A stretch of DNA of 64,000 nt from Octopus bimaculoides (Eukaryota), in the NCBI RefSeq assembly GCF_001194135.2, contig NC_068984.1, positions 100,011,948-100,075,947 on the forward strand, read 5' to 3'. This document shows, in pieces, positions 1-13,377 of this stretch (within the stretch, counting starts at the first letter, position 1; each line of letters starts with the position of its first letter). The notes beneath the pieces are model-generated. The model did not search any database, was not told the DNA's origin, and was given only the letters and a program-made list of their open reading frames with translations. Position numbers and translations under genes: made by a program.

Positions 1-248
1 TTTAATTCCACGCATGCGTGAGACTACGCATGCGCACGGCGTTACTACAAGTTATTAACAGCTGTTCATCATAAATCTGCAGCACCTAGCCAACACCTCA
101 TACTCTGATACTCAAATCCATTGTATCTGTATCAAAGAGCTTTGTCATGTGTCTCTGAACTTACCTCTGATACTCTTCTGCACTGTATTATCAGTGATAC
201 TCTACACCCTTGAAATAACAATCAATATTAAAACCTAGACCATATATA

Positions 249-692
249 CAGGCTGTGGTGAATAAACTGTCGTCTAAATTACGCAAAAATGAAAATAACA
301 CTGACATCTCATTTTAACAGATATATTTACCAAAACTACATAAAAATATCTTCAAATACTAAAGAGTAAATTTATTCAATAAAATCGCCATCAGTTTCAA
401 TCACAGTTTCCAGACGACTTCACAATCTCCTGCAACTCTTCTGGACGGTCTCCTTGTTTAAGCTAGTGAATGCTGCCATAATCCTTGCCTTCAGTTCATC
501 TTTGATGTTGCAAGGAGTTTTGTTGGTCTTTTGCTCAACTGCACCCCACACATAATAACCAAGGAGGTTGCAGTCTGGGGAGTTAGGTGGCCAGATATTA
601 GGGATGATGTGGTCACAGAAATTGTCTGACAGCCATGACTGGGTTCTCCTGGTTGTGTGGCATGGTGCAGAGTCCTGTTGATAGACAGACAT
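249..692 (-). mobile_element. Tc1/mariner superfamily DD37D (maT-like) transposon, 5'-truncated remnant: transposase C-terminus plus putative right TIR
   Basis: ORF 420..692 reads QQDSAPCHT...WPPNSPDCNLLGYYVWG, with 37 residues between the QQD aspartate and the third catalytic position. Reading through the TGA continues SRLETVIETDGDFIE* to 372. A TA followed by CAGGCTGTGGTGAATAAACTGTCG at 247-272 looks like a TA target site plus TIR. Confidence 0.85.
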
Positions 693-1374
693 AGATAATT
701 GAATGACCAGGGAAAAGGAATTACATAATCAGTTTTATTAGCTTATAACTTTCTAAAATAAGATTTTCCACAGCTTCTTATATTAGAAGTAGTTTCAAAC
801 TAATGCAGCTGATTATGTAATTCCTGTTCCCTTGTCATCCAATAATTAATATTATACTCTGTACTCACCTAATGCTTTATTCTAAACCATATGACAGGAG
901 TATAGCAGTATTGTACCAAGTTGCAATTAGAAGATTAATGAAGGAAGAGGATGATGTGACATGGATTTAAAATGAAACATAGTCCTGCCACTAAATTCAC
1001 GAGATTTACTTTTAATTTCAAATCATTAAGAAAATCAGAACTATCATCATCATCATCACCATCATTACCTTCATCATCATGAGCATTGTCATCGTTCTTT
1101 CAACATCCATTGTTTTTTATGCTGGCATGGATGCATTTAGCCAGTACACCACACAGTACATGTCTCTCAGCATGATCCTACACCATTTCATCTGTAAATT
1201 CAATCATCCTCAGGTCTGACATATCTATTTCTTTCCATCTCCCTCTCAACTACTGGTATATTCAGTACATTACATTTTGACCCTGAATTCCTTCTCCACT
1301 TGCTTCATACTTGGTTCATTCAAGCACAGTCATTTTTTACCTTCATACATCAGCTGATACCTAGGAAATTCATC

Positions 1375-1427
<53 letters not shown>

Positions 1428-1756
1428 TTATGTATGTATGTATTATGTATGTATGTACTGTACACATTTTCTCTGTCAAACTTCCCTCATTTGTTGGCAG
1501 ATTTTTAAGATCATCCACATTTAAAATTTATAACTCACTTCAATGCATCATCCATTACATGACACATGTCTCCTATTTGCTTCCTTTTGCATCCAGAGAG
1601 GTGCTCTTTTTCTCACTTACATGCATAACAGCTTTTTGCTGTCAAGGTACTAACATCTTTCTAAAATCAAATCAACAAGAGGGCTTCTGTATGATCAATC
1701 AACTTGCTCAAAATAACTATCAGATCTTCCTCAGATTACATTTGTTGTTTTAAAAT

Positions 1757-1816
1757 ATGAAGTATACATTGGATTATGAAGGATACATTGGATTATGAAG
1801 GATACATTGGATTATG
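1757..1816. repeat. 19-bp tandem repeat, 3 copies (ATGAAGGATACATTGGATT)
   Basis: Three adjacent units with one substitution, no spacers. Confidence 0.9.
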
Positions 1817-3234
1817 TAGACCTAGTTAACAGAATAGTCATGGCTGAAATGGCATTGACCATCGGTCTACTCATGTAGGTTAACCTGGAAATAACCAACA
1901 ACATCTCCCTTTAATTTCTCTAGTCATTTCCTTATTCTAATTGCTATACTGACTTTGTAGCATTAATAATATCAAACATACATACTCAAACACACACACA
2001 CAAATGCACGCACATCCACACGCAAATGGGTTACATAAGTTACTCTAATATACTAACAGTCATTTGTGATATACCCTTTTATCATGATAGAAATACTAGG
2101 TGTACATACATAACTAAAGTGGTTAAAAAGTTGACTTTTCAATCACATCTTTCTTGGTTTGATTCCACTTCACTCATGACGAGTATCTTCTATCATAGCT
2201 TTAGAGGTTGATCCAAACCACATGATAAAATTTCAGAATATAAACCTACCAATGATAAACCTAATCACTTGCCCTACGTAACACCTCTGCTTAGCACCTT
2301 AAGAGCCTTTAGCAGGATCCACTCTGTTGCAAGTATAGTCAGGTCAGCTGTTTGGTGTCTCCCTTCATCTCCCTGAGATTCTTCCAAAAAAGATCATCAG
2401 TACAGTTCTTCTTCTTCAATGAAAACCTGTATATACCTAGAATGTGTATATTCCAGGATTTGCATGCAGCCTGACTGGGACTTGTATTGAAAATGTGGAT
2501 TTGCCTGAGTGACTGTGTGTGTATATGTCTTTGTGTGTGTGGGAGAGAGAGAGAGAGAGAGAGAGAGAGTACCAGATTACTAAACAATCTGTAACATAAT
2601 TTCTATACTTCAACCAGTCAAATCTGCCATGTTTCTTTCATGCTTGGTTAATACCTTCTCCTTTCTTTTCTTTAATCTTCAGTTTTTAGGTACCTGTCCT
2701 CCAATTTTTGTTATCATTTCAGATAATTAAGTGTATGCTGATATACACACTTGGTTAGTGATCAGTAGTGACTTGTAATATAGCCTCTCCTCCTCTCAAT
2801 CCTAGATGTTGCAGTTTGACATTACTTTAATTCTGCTGATCCAGGCACTAAAGTTACTGCTTTCTTGAGTCATACGTGGAGTGCAGTTTTACACTCTGAT
2901 GTACTTGTTTAGGCCTATTATGTGATAATGGCACAGGTCAACAGCCAAATACCATGGGATATTTTATCTGATTCTCTTATGATTCTGTTGATTCACCATG
3001 ATGGTGACTGGTTTGGTTTCAGTTCTTAATTGAAATCAATCCACTCCTATCATCATCATCATCATCAGCAGCAGCAGCAGCACAACTATTGTTATCATCA
3101 CTATCATTATTAATGCAACTATTATCACCATATCATTACCATTAATCCTACTGGTATCACCATCATGGCTCAGTGGTTAAAATATTGAGCTTACAATTGT
3201 GAGGTCGTTAGTTCAATTCCTGGACCAGTGGATA

Positions 3235-3372
3235 GCTGGTACTTATTTATAGACCCTGAAAGAATGAAAGGCAAAGTCGACCTCAGCGGAATTTGAACTC
3301 AGAACATAGCAGCAGACAAAAGATCGTTATGCATTTTGCCCAGCATGCTAATGATTCTGCCAGCTCATCGCC
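3235..3372 (-). mobile_element. tRNA-derived SINE family A (ATT-tailed), antisense copy
   Basis: Reverse complement of GAGCTGGCAGAATC...GAGTTCAAATTCCGC...GTCGACTTTGCCTTTCAT, which recurs more than 20 times in the window and has A-box- and B-box-like motifs. Confidence 0.8.
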
Positions 3373-3406
<34 letters not shown>

Positions 3407-3407
<1 letters not shown>

Positions 3408-3882
3408 GGAAGGCAAAAATCCTCTGGGATTTAGTTTTCCCAACAGACAAAGTGTTAAAGCACCGAAGGCCAGATATAGTAACCTTTAGGAGGGAGAAGC
3501 AAGAGTGCCTAATAATCGACATAGCAGTGCCAGATCAATATATCATCATGAAAGAAAGAGAAAAATTCGATAAATATGCAGACCAGAGAATTGAGATCAC
3601 TAAGATGTGGCAGCTATGATATGAACGTCAAACATATCCCTATTGTCATCGGAGCATCCAGTTCAATACCACCCAATCTGAAAAAACATCTGAAAACCTT
3701 AGAGATACCCTACAACCTAGATGTATAGCAAAAGTCAGCATTACTTGGAACTGCACACATGTTGCGTAAAGTACTGTCTGTCTGAGGTCTTTGTTGTGAC
3801 TTGACAAACAGTACAACCCCCCCCCCCTAGATACATTATCTTCAATCAACAACCTCACGATATTGTATACTGTGCAACGTCC
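3407..3882 (+). mobile_element. R4/Dong-like non-LTR retrotransposon, 5'-truncated: restriction-like endonuclease (RLE) C-terminus and 3' UTR
   Basis: Hand translation gives KAKILWDLVFPTDKVLKHRRPDIVTFRREKQECLIIDIAVP...EKFDKYADQRIEITKMWQL, then after a frameshift IPIVIGA...QKSALLGTAHMLRKVLSV*. This is a PD-(D/E)xK-type RLE motif. Flanked by (TAA)n on both sides. Confidence 0.85.
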
Positions 3883-4451
3883 ATAATAATAATAATAATA
3901 ATCCTTCCTATTGGCACAAAGGCTGAAATTTGATGGGGAGGGGACTAGTCAATTACATTGACCCCAGAACTTGACTGGTACTTATTTCATTGACCCCAAA
4001 AGGATGAAAGTCAAAGTCAGTCTCAGCAGAATTTGACAGATGACAACGTAAAGACAGTTGGAATTAGGTTGTGCATTGTAGCTTCTCAGTTTCATATTAT
4101 ATTTTTTTTTAATATAAATAGAGGTTTTGCTATAAATTACAGGTTTATGAAGATAACAACTTTGTATATGTTGGTGTAGGTGTTTATATGTCCCTGTACA
4201 CACACATATATGTATGTGCATGCACATACACACATACACACACAAGCATACATGTACGTATATATGTGTGTATGTCCATACAGATGTAGAACTTCTACGT
4301 CTAGAAATAACTGTTCCTGACAACAGATTTAACTCATTAGTTCGAATGCTGCTTCTGAAACCCTTACCATATGTGTATACATACATACACACACACACAC
4401 ACACATACACTACACACATCTATATGTGTGTGCATGCATGCACATGTGTGC

Positions 4452-4483
<32 letters not shown>

Positions 4484-4653
4484 GCATTTCTGTATCAAGA
4501 CATATATACATAGATACATATACATACACACAAGCATTACACACATCTATATGTGTATGTGTTCATAGCTATGTGTATTTCTATGTCTATATGTATGAAC
4601 ATGCGTATATTTGTGTGTGTGCCTGCATGCACACACACACACGTATATATATT

Positions 4654-4714
<61 letters not shown>

Positions 4715-5226
4715 CTGTGTAGATACATGTAAGTATGTGTACATTCTATATGTATGTATATGAATATATGTGTATGCATGTATGTATATATATATATCTA
4801 TATATATATATATATTTATAGATACACACACACTCTTTGTTTGTATATATTATATGTTTGTGTGTATTCATAAATTCTTGTGTGTTTGTATGTAGGTAAT
4901 TGCATAAAATGTGGGAACAAAGCCATTTTCTCCTAAAATCTATTACAAACAATCCAGTAATATATGCAAAAAAATAAACAAACAAATGTAGCATATATAA
5001 CAAAATATAAACAAGCTGAAAGGCAATAAGAACAACAAGACATCAGCAACAAAGCTATAATGATGTCGATATTTTCATATTTCTAAACGGTAGTAAGTAG
5101 CGTTGATATGCAAGTGGGGAATCAGAAAATGATGCAGAATTCCTTAATTTGAGCTGAGTAAAAATCTAAAATGTTTATATTATGCATATTTCATGATTTC
5201 TTTGTCTACCTCTTTTGCTCTCTTTC

Positions 5227-5260
<34 letters not shown>

Positions 5261-6053
5261 CCTTACTCTCTCAATTTGCATCTCCCTTTCCTCTCTTTGT
5301 CTCATTCTACATCTCTCTTCCCTCTCTTTCTTCTTCTGCAAGTTGCATGCAGTGTTTATCATCATAATAAGCATCATCATCGTCATCATCATAACTATCA
5401 TAGTCATCATCATTTTTTGCTGGCATATCCATCTCACCAATAACCTGGAACTCTGTCTATAGAATGATGCCATACTTTAGCTGAACATGGAACTATAGAT
5501 TTTACTAGATGAGAAGTTTCAAATTTTAGAGTAACCAGTGACATTACATAAACTAGAGATTTGAAGTATTGTCTGATTGCTACATGTGGTGGAGGAAAGT
5601 CTTGTGAAATTTCTTGGTGCATTGATAACACAATTCATAAAATTTGGCTTTATCTAGTTGCTGCATGAGGAATTGTTCTTGATGGCAATAGCTTTGGTCT
5701 GAGTTGCCTTCATCTACATCACAGTCACACATGTACAGTGGCTCGGCAATCTCCAATAAATCCAGTCATGTGACTACCTTTAATCAATGAAAACTGACCT
5801 TGCATCTATGGACGTAATATCTTTGGTCATTTTTCACACTTACTGTAATATTGTCAGAAGGGTGACAAATACATACTTCTGTGAGTGGATCGTTTATTAT
5901 CTTCTAATGTATGTGTGTGTGCATGTATGTGTGCATGCAGGCATATGTGCACATAAAAATGCATATTTGCAGCACTTTGGGCAAGTGTCTTCTATTGTAG
6001 CACCAGACGAAACAAAATCTTGTGTGTTTCGCAGAAAAAAGTATACAAAACCT

Positions 6054-6089
<36 letters not shown>

Positions 6090-6536
6090 AGTGAAAAGTC
6101 ACTGAGCTACAAACACTATCAATTCCTGTCCACAAATTACCCACAGGCATGCAGAATAAAAATAAACTCCTTACTTGAAGAAGGATTAGTAACATAAAGG
6201 TCATCCAGCTATAAAATAATGCCTCAGTAATATCTAATCATCTATCTCAGGGTTTCTTATAGTGGTATATACAGATCTTTAAGTTGTGGGCTGGAGAAGT
6301 GATAAATATAATTTTGGCTGGTAGGAGTATAAGCTGGTAGGAGTACATTCCTATAATTATAATTTTTTTTTTTTTCAAATCAGTTTCCAAATTGAATGAA
6401 TAATAAATAAGATGTCAACAGATATTCTGTTGCTATTTATTCTCAAAGTACAGAAGGAAATAATACTCTCCTATTTGGGTGGGGGAGGAACTGGAATTTG
6501 TTTTATATTTCTTTTGTATTTATCTTTCTTCTTTCA

Positions 6537-6564
<28 letters not shown>

Positions 6565-6567
<3 letters not shown>

Positions 6568-6776
6568 TTCTACTAAAGACACAAAGCCTGAAGTTTTGGG
6601 GAGGGATTAAGTCAATTATACTGACCCTAATACTCAACATGAACATAATTTATCAACCCCAAAAGGAGGAAAGGCAAAGTCAACCTCAGCGGAATTTGAA
6701 CCCAGAATGCGAAGACAGACGAAATATTACTAGGGATTTCACCCAGCATGCTATCAATTCTGCCAGCTCACCACCT
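6565..6776 (-). mobile_element. SINE family A, antisense copy
   Basis: Contains GGCAAAGTCAACCTCAGCGGAATTTGAACCCAG...TTCTGCCAGCTCACC, matching the other copies. Confidence 0.8.
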
Positions 6777-6783
6777 TATTATT

Positions 6784-6786
<3 letters not shown>

Positions 6787-6863
<77 letters not shown>
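6787..6863. repeat. (AAT)n microsatellite
   Basis: Pure trinucleotide run; source of the poly-Asn ORF. Confidence 0.95.
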
Positions 6864-6864
<1 letters not shown>

Positions 6865-7677
6865 TATTATTATTATTATTATTCACTACCTCCCCTCCCC
6901 AAGCTTTCAGTCATATTGCAACATCTCTTATCCTTCATTTGCTCCAGGACGCTGGTAGTGCCTCGGCAAGTGACTGTAACAAAGATGCAGATTAAAAGTA
7001 AAAATGATGATGATAATTATAATAATAATGATAATAATAATAATCCTTTCAATCATAGGTACAAGGCCTGAAATTTGGTGGAAGGGGGCTAGTCAATTAC
7101 ATTAACCCCACTACTTGAGTGATATTTATTTCATCGACTCCCAAAATGATAAAAAGTAAAGTTGACCACAGCAGAATTTGAACTCAGAAGTTAAAGCTGG
7201 AATAAATGTCATGATGCATTTTGTCTGGTGTGTTAATAATTCTGCCAAAAAGAAGAACCTTTTCTGGTAAAAAGAAGAACCTTTTTTTTTGTTTTATTCT
7301 TGTTTCAGGATTTTGTCATTTGTGTAATACAAAAATATCTTAATTGTACACTCAGCTACACACACATACACACACGTGTGCGTGTGTGTACACATGCATT
7401 TTACATATACACACACAAAATATATTCATTTTTTTTTAAGAAAAATCTTCACTATTTATCATTCCAAACATCAATTTGTACCAAATTGTGTTGTGAGACT
7501 AAAAATATGGATTCTAATTGCTAAAGATCTAATGGCAGTGCTTTTTTATTTGCTCATAAATAGTTTTCAGATTTTCTTTCTTTTTTTTTTAATTGCTACT
7601 TTTATATACAGTATGTAGGTATATGTGTGTTTATAATCATGTATGCATGTATATGTGTATTTATGTGTGTATATGTG

Positions 7678-7732
<55 letters not shown>

Positions 7733-8406
7733 ATTTATGTGTGTGTATGTGTGTAATGCCTATGTTTATGTGTGTGCGCATGTGTGTAAGCTGATGGTAG
7801 GTAACCTACCCAATATTTTTACATCCATTGTCTAAATATACTTTAAAAAGACATTCACTAAAATAATTTCTCTGCTACTCTCTATGTATCTACTTGTCTA
7901 TCTCTCTCTGTCTCTTTCTTTCTCTCTCTTGTTCTCAGTTTATTACTCTGTCTTCCTTTCCTTTTTCTTCATTCTGTTCTTTCATGCATGCACACACACA
8001 CACACACACACATGCATAGGAAATCCTATTCCCTATATCTTTCCCTACTTCTCGCCCTCTCTTGGATTTTACTTTACTCCTCCTTTCCCTCTTACGTTCA
8101 TCTTTCATTTTTATTTGTACTCATATATATATATGCTTTGAATCCTTTGATATCCAAGTATGGTTATACACACAGACACAGACATGTGTATTGGAGTGTC
8201 TATAACTATTTGTATGACCTTATATACTGTTTGTAGGCTTTTTATGTGCCTTATATTTTTATATTTTCATTTTTCATTTTATTTTTACTGTATTCTTATT
8301 TTTATTCCTATTTTACTTTTATTTTCATTTTTTGCTTTATATTTGTGTTGAATTTTTGTAAATCTCTGAAGAGGCCTAGCAAATCATGCATATACCCCCA
8401 TTTCAG

Positions 8407-8481
8407 CATTTCATCTGCTAATCACTCCGGCAGGAGCTATTCAGATAGAATGGGGCATGCCAACGCTAGGCCGAAACAGCT
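8407..8481 (+). CDS. Candidate 75-nt internal exon (phase 2-2), possibly Epac CNB-A/DEP linker: ISSANHSGRSYSDRMGHANARPKQL
   Basis: TTTCAG acceptor at 8401-8406 and a consensus GTAAGT donor at 8482. Length divisible by 3, open frame, and richer in GC/CpG than the flanks. No homology recognised. Confidence 0.4.
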
Positions 8482-10086
8482 GTAAGTTTCTGTTTATTCT
8501 CAAATTCCTAATGTACTGTTTATTTGTAACCTCAATTGTTAATATAACATGGTATGTCATAAGCATTTGTATATTGTCATCTTTGTCATTTTAGTTACAA
8601 AATAAGTTAATTAACTCAACGGAATACAGTCTGCAAGTCGATGGGTACCGCATATTCTCCTCCATTTTCTAATCGCTATATATATATATATATATATATA
8701 TCATCATCATCATCATCATTTAACAGCCATTGTTCATACTGGGATGGGTTGTATGGCCAGCATGGACAATAGATTTTAGATGATGATGATTATATATATA
8801 TATATATATATATATGCATAGTCAATTCAAATAAACAAAGAATAAAATTAACAATAACACACAAGAGGACGTGCACAAGGAATGTATCAGTTTGACACTC
8901 AATATATATTTATACATATACATGATTGACTTCTTTTACTTTTTATCAACCAAAACTATTCACTCTTTGTTTAGACATGGGCTATAGTAGAAGACACTTG
9001 CCTAAGGTGCTACACAATGAGAATAAATAGAAAAATAAAAATAACAATTACATCATGGGTGCTGGTATTTTTTACATAATTTTTTTCTTTTTTTGAAATC
9101 TCATTCATGATTGGAAATCTATATTTGGACAATATCATACAGATTATTGATTTTTATTCAAAGTGTGAGTTATCCATCAATTTCTATCTTTTCAATAATA
9201 TCAGCAGCTATGAGCTGACAGGAGATGGGAGATTTCATTATTTTCACTTTTAAATTGCTTTAGGTCACATGATACCTAGTTTATATATATACTGTTATTA
9301 TATATATNNNNNNNNNNTATATAAAATATACATATTAATATATGTGTAATAAGCATATGTGTGTGTGTGTGTGTGTGTATACATATCATAAACACATATA
9401 TAAATATAGTATACACGCATATATATATTTATATAATTTATACATATATAATGTTTTATAATATATATAGGTGGTGCTCCCTCATAGCTGCAGTCAAATG
9501 ACTGAAACAAGTAAAAGAATAAAAGAATATGTGCGTGTGTGTGTGAAATTGAGACCTGAATATTTTTTAGGTGATATGCCACTGAATATTTAAGCAACAT
9601 ACTTCATGAGATATCTTTGTGTGTGTGTGTGTGTGTGTATACGCATGCATATGTATGTATGCACACACAAGGAGACAGAGGTACACACACACACATGCAT
9701 ACAAACACACACATGCACATACAAACACGCACACATACCAACACACAAACATGAACACAAACACATGAATATGCAGAATACATACAAATGTATACACATG
9801 CATACATATATATATATATATATATATATGCATACACTTACATGCATACACATACATACATATATATGTATATACACATGCACACTGATGCACACACATG
9901 CGCACAAACAAACAAACAAAAAGAACAAAGCTCTGATAATGGACAGAGTCAATGACTATTGAAACGGATGCAAGACACTACGAAAATTTTAGAAAAAATT
10001 AAATAAGTAAATGAGTGGAAATTGAACCTGTGAGTGTGTTAAATGATAAGGCACTAAAAGAGAATGTCTCTCCTCAGACACAATGA

Positions 10087-10121
<35 letters not shown>

Positions 10122-10143
10122 GAAAATATATACATATGTATTT

Positions 10144-10217
<74 letters not shown>

Positions 10218-10649
10218 ACACAAACACTTTTGTAGATTTAATGAAATTTCAGTCAAAAACCTGAGAACGATGATTTCATATGACCATCTTCAGCCATTTT
10301 GACAAGATATTAATAAATTTTTCTGGTAAAAAATTATTGGTAAACAAACCAACTTATTGCCACATAAATTAATATGAAACCACTGGTCCCATTTTTTAGA
10401 CTAAAATTTCATTAAGACATCTACCCATATTTAGGTGCAGTCATGCCTGTGTGGTAAAAAGCTTGCTTCCCAACCACATGGTTCCAGGTTCATTCCCACT
10501 GTATGACACTTTGGGCTCATATCTTCTACAATAGCTTCAGGCTGACCAAAGCCTTGAAAGTGAATATGGTAGACAAAAATTGAAAGAAGCCTGTGCAGTA
10601 CCAAGTGGCAAGAAAAGAGACTAAACATCAGATATACTTAGCAAGCAGA

Positions 10650-12150
10650 GAAACTGAAGAGGTTGACAACTGTGAGGATCAGAATCATAAAGTGTTTCAG
10701 TTTGGAAGACATTGTACTACAGAGAACTGAAATGTCACCAGGGAGAAGTGCATACAGAATTATAGTATTCATTAGCAACAGAGGCAGTATTAATAGTGAG
10801 AGATAATATTTATCCCCACTTAAACATAGACGTTCTCTTACAACGAACTATACTGGTGAAAAATGCACTCTTGTTTATATTGCTAGCAGGGGATTTATAT
10901 GCAATGCATAGTAGACAGAGGAGCTACCTTCAGGATCAGCCTAGAGGAGATATTGTTTGAGTTTATACCAATACAGATTACCACTTATGCTTTCTTCATC
11001 CTATTGAGACAACAAAAGCTAGAAATAACCCTCTCAAAGTCTTTTCAAACTGGGAAAGATTTTGACAGAGTTTTACACTTTGTAGTCAACTGGCTGCTAA
11101 GAAAAGTAGGAATAAATGGCTTGTGAGGGCCATCTACAGAGATGCTGTCTGCAAGGTGAGAGTTAACAATGAGTTCAACAAGGAATTTGGAGTGCAATTT
11201 CATGTACATCAGGGTTCAGTTCTCAGTCCCATTCTTTTTGTTATTGTTCTCCAGAATACAGAAAAAGAGTTTAAGAGTGGTTAATCATGGGAACTTCTGT
11301 ATCCCAATGTCTTTGTTCTCATACCTGAATTTGTCATAAATTTAGAAGGAATATTCCAAACCAGGAAGCAAAACTTAGAAATGACAGGCCTTAAATTAAA
11401 CCTAGAAAGGATTCAAGTTTCAGTTAACAGGAAAGAAAACAAGACTTCACTGCTGTCAAAAAAATGGGCATATCTGATATGCAGAAAAGATGTTGATAGA
11501 AGTGTAAACTATGAATGCAGAAAGGTGTGGTGGAATGACAGGCAGGCTGATAGAGAACATAAACATTATATATGACAAATATGAAAATAACTTGCAGTAA
11601 GAGTACATGTAAGATGAATTTCTGTACATGCTTGGAGCTTCTTTGAAATTGATGATAGTCTTTTGTTATATAGGTGACCTAGTTAGCAGTGGAGGTGAGT
11701 GATCTGTAGGTGTGTTCATTAGAATGTGTGAAAAAATTGCAGAGAGCTATGACCTCAACTGATAACAAAGAATTTCTTTCTCAGTATGAAGTGAAGATTG
11801 TACAGTGTTTACATGTGAAATGCAATGCTGCATGTAGAGTATATGCTGAGGTTGCAAAGAAATGATGCAAGATTACTCTACTGAATGTATAATGCTTATG
11901 TGTATGAAGGATTTAAGACTAAGAAAAAATCTGGATGGAAGCGGAATTGAATATAGTATACAAAACAGAAGACTATATTTGTACAGTGATGTGGTGCATA
12001 CAGAAGAAGTGAAATATATAATGAAGTCCTGAAGTCTTGAAGCTGATGAGAGTTGGGAAAAACAAAAAGCCAGGGAAGAGATGAGATGAAGGGTGAAGAT
12101 GAATTTCACAAGGAGGGGATAAATGACTGTAATTGATGGCAAAGCACTAT
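10650..12150 (+). mobile_element. Old, heavily degenerate RTE-clade LINE (RT region to 3' end); boundaries approximate
   Basis: Recognisable fragments KVRVNNEFNKEFGVQFHVHQGSVLSPILFVIVL and KWAYLICRKD; collinear with the RTE copy at 27165-29308. Confidence 0.75.
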
Positions 12151-12718
12151 GCAGGTGAACAGATGCAAAAATGGTGACAATGGGGATGGTGGTGATGGTG
12201 ATGAAGATGGGATGTATAATGTCTGCATTTGGATCTTGACCATTGAAGTACTGGGGTTGATATAATTGACTAAAACACTTAGAGGTGGTGCCCCAGCATA
12301 GCTATAATCCAGTGATTTAAGCCAGTAAAAGGATTACTGAATATTCATGGATACATACATAAATTATACTCACATTTTATATATTTAACATTTAAATATA
12401 TTGTAAAAATAACTCAATTATATTGCTCATTTCTATATTTTCACTGACACAATACAACACTTAAACATTGTCTTAGTAATATCTTTACATTCCCCCCTCC
12501 TTCTAATCCTATATTCTCTTTTTTCTTCCCTTCTCCTCCCTTTCTCTTCCTCTTTCTCCCTCACTGACTTCTTTCTTTGCATTTTACTCTTCTCTCTCTT
12601 TCATTGCCATTTTCTCTCTTTTATTCTCACAGTTTCTCTATCTCTCTATTATTCTTACAGTCTCTCTCTCTCTCTCTTTTATTCTCACAGTCTCTTTTTC
12701 TCCCTTCCTCATACACAG

Positions 12719-12719
<1 letters not shown>

Positions 12720-12801
<82 letters not shown>
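12720..12801. repeat. (CT)n microsatellite within a long pyrimidine tract
   Basis: Pure CT run; source of the SL/ER repeat ORFs. Confidence 0.95.
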
Positions 12802-12805
<4 letters not shown>

Positions 12806-13307
12806 CAACCTTCCTCTGTCTCTCACAGTCATTCTCTCTCTCTCTCTCTCTCTGTTTCACTCATACTCCCACTCTTCATGCTCTCTTGAAACATTCACAT
12901 AACACCATTGTTGATATGAAAGTTGCTTCAAGGCAGCCTCATCCCTTCCCTCTCTCAGTATTTTGTTGTTTGCTTTTTTTTTAATGTCACTAGTTTGACT
13001 TTACTTGAGTGTTCAATCAAGTATTGGTGAAATGACGGCACCGATATACTCAGGATTCTAAGGAATCATGGGAAACACTTTATAATACAGAGAAAGTTCC
13101 AATTACCACATTTGCCTCATTCTGACATTAGACATTAGAATTCTTTGCTTTGAACTATTCTAGAACTGTGACTGGCCAACAGTCATGATTCTTCTTTCTT
13201 CCTTCCCCCTCCCTGCCCACTACTTTCTTTTACTAGAATTGAAACATAGAACATCACGGAATTCTATTTGAAGTGGCTCAGGGTGTTGACTGTAAAAATA
13301 TTTTCAG

Positions 13308-13377
13308 ATTTCAAGATCCTCTTCAGAATTTAGTAAGAGGCTATCAAAGACTACCAGACAAAAGCAAATTGGCTATG
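13308..13377 (+). CDS. Candidate 70-nt exon (phase 2-0): FQDPLQNLVRGYQRLPDKSKLAM
   Basis: TTTTCAG acceptor at 13301-13307 and ATG|GTAAAA donor. Its phases exactly bridge candidate exon 8407-8481 (phase 2) to the DEP exon (phase 0). Splice signals are only moderate and no homology was recognised. Confidence 0.3.

Noticed and set aside
9-45. CpG-rich palindromes ACGCATGCGT / GCATGCGCA at the window edge
   Set aside because: Truncated by the window start; no hammerhead core or other context to interpret them.
1757-1816. Short direct repeats as a possible CRISPR array (also the 33-nt array at 42.3-42.8 kb)
   Set aside because: Units are contiguous with no unique spacers, there are no cas genes, and the context is eukaryotic.
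3982-5003. Many overlapping ORFs of YI/CV/HT/TH dipeptides (also at 7.6, 9.6, 18.8, 38.5, 54.5, 56.3 and 63.2 kb)
   Set aside because: They are translations of (TA)n, (TG)n and (TATG)n microsatellites, with no splice or homology support.
700-8400. Search for Epac CNB-A exons (for example LFRQGDIGTNWYAVL-like peptides)
   Set aside because: None recognised by eye; they probably lie upstream of the window. A tBLASTn would be decisive.
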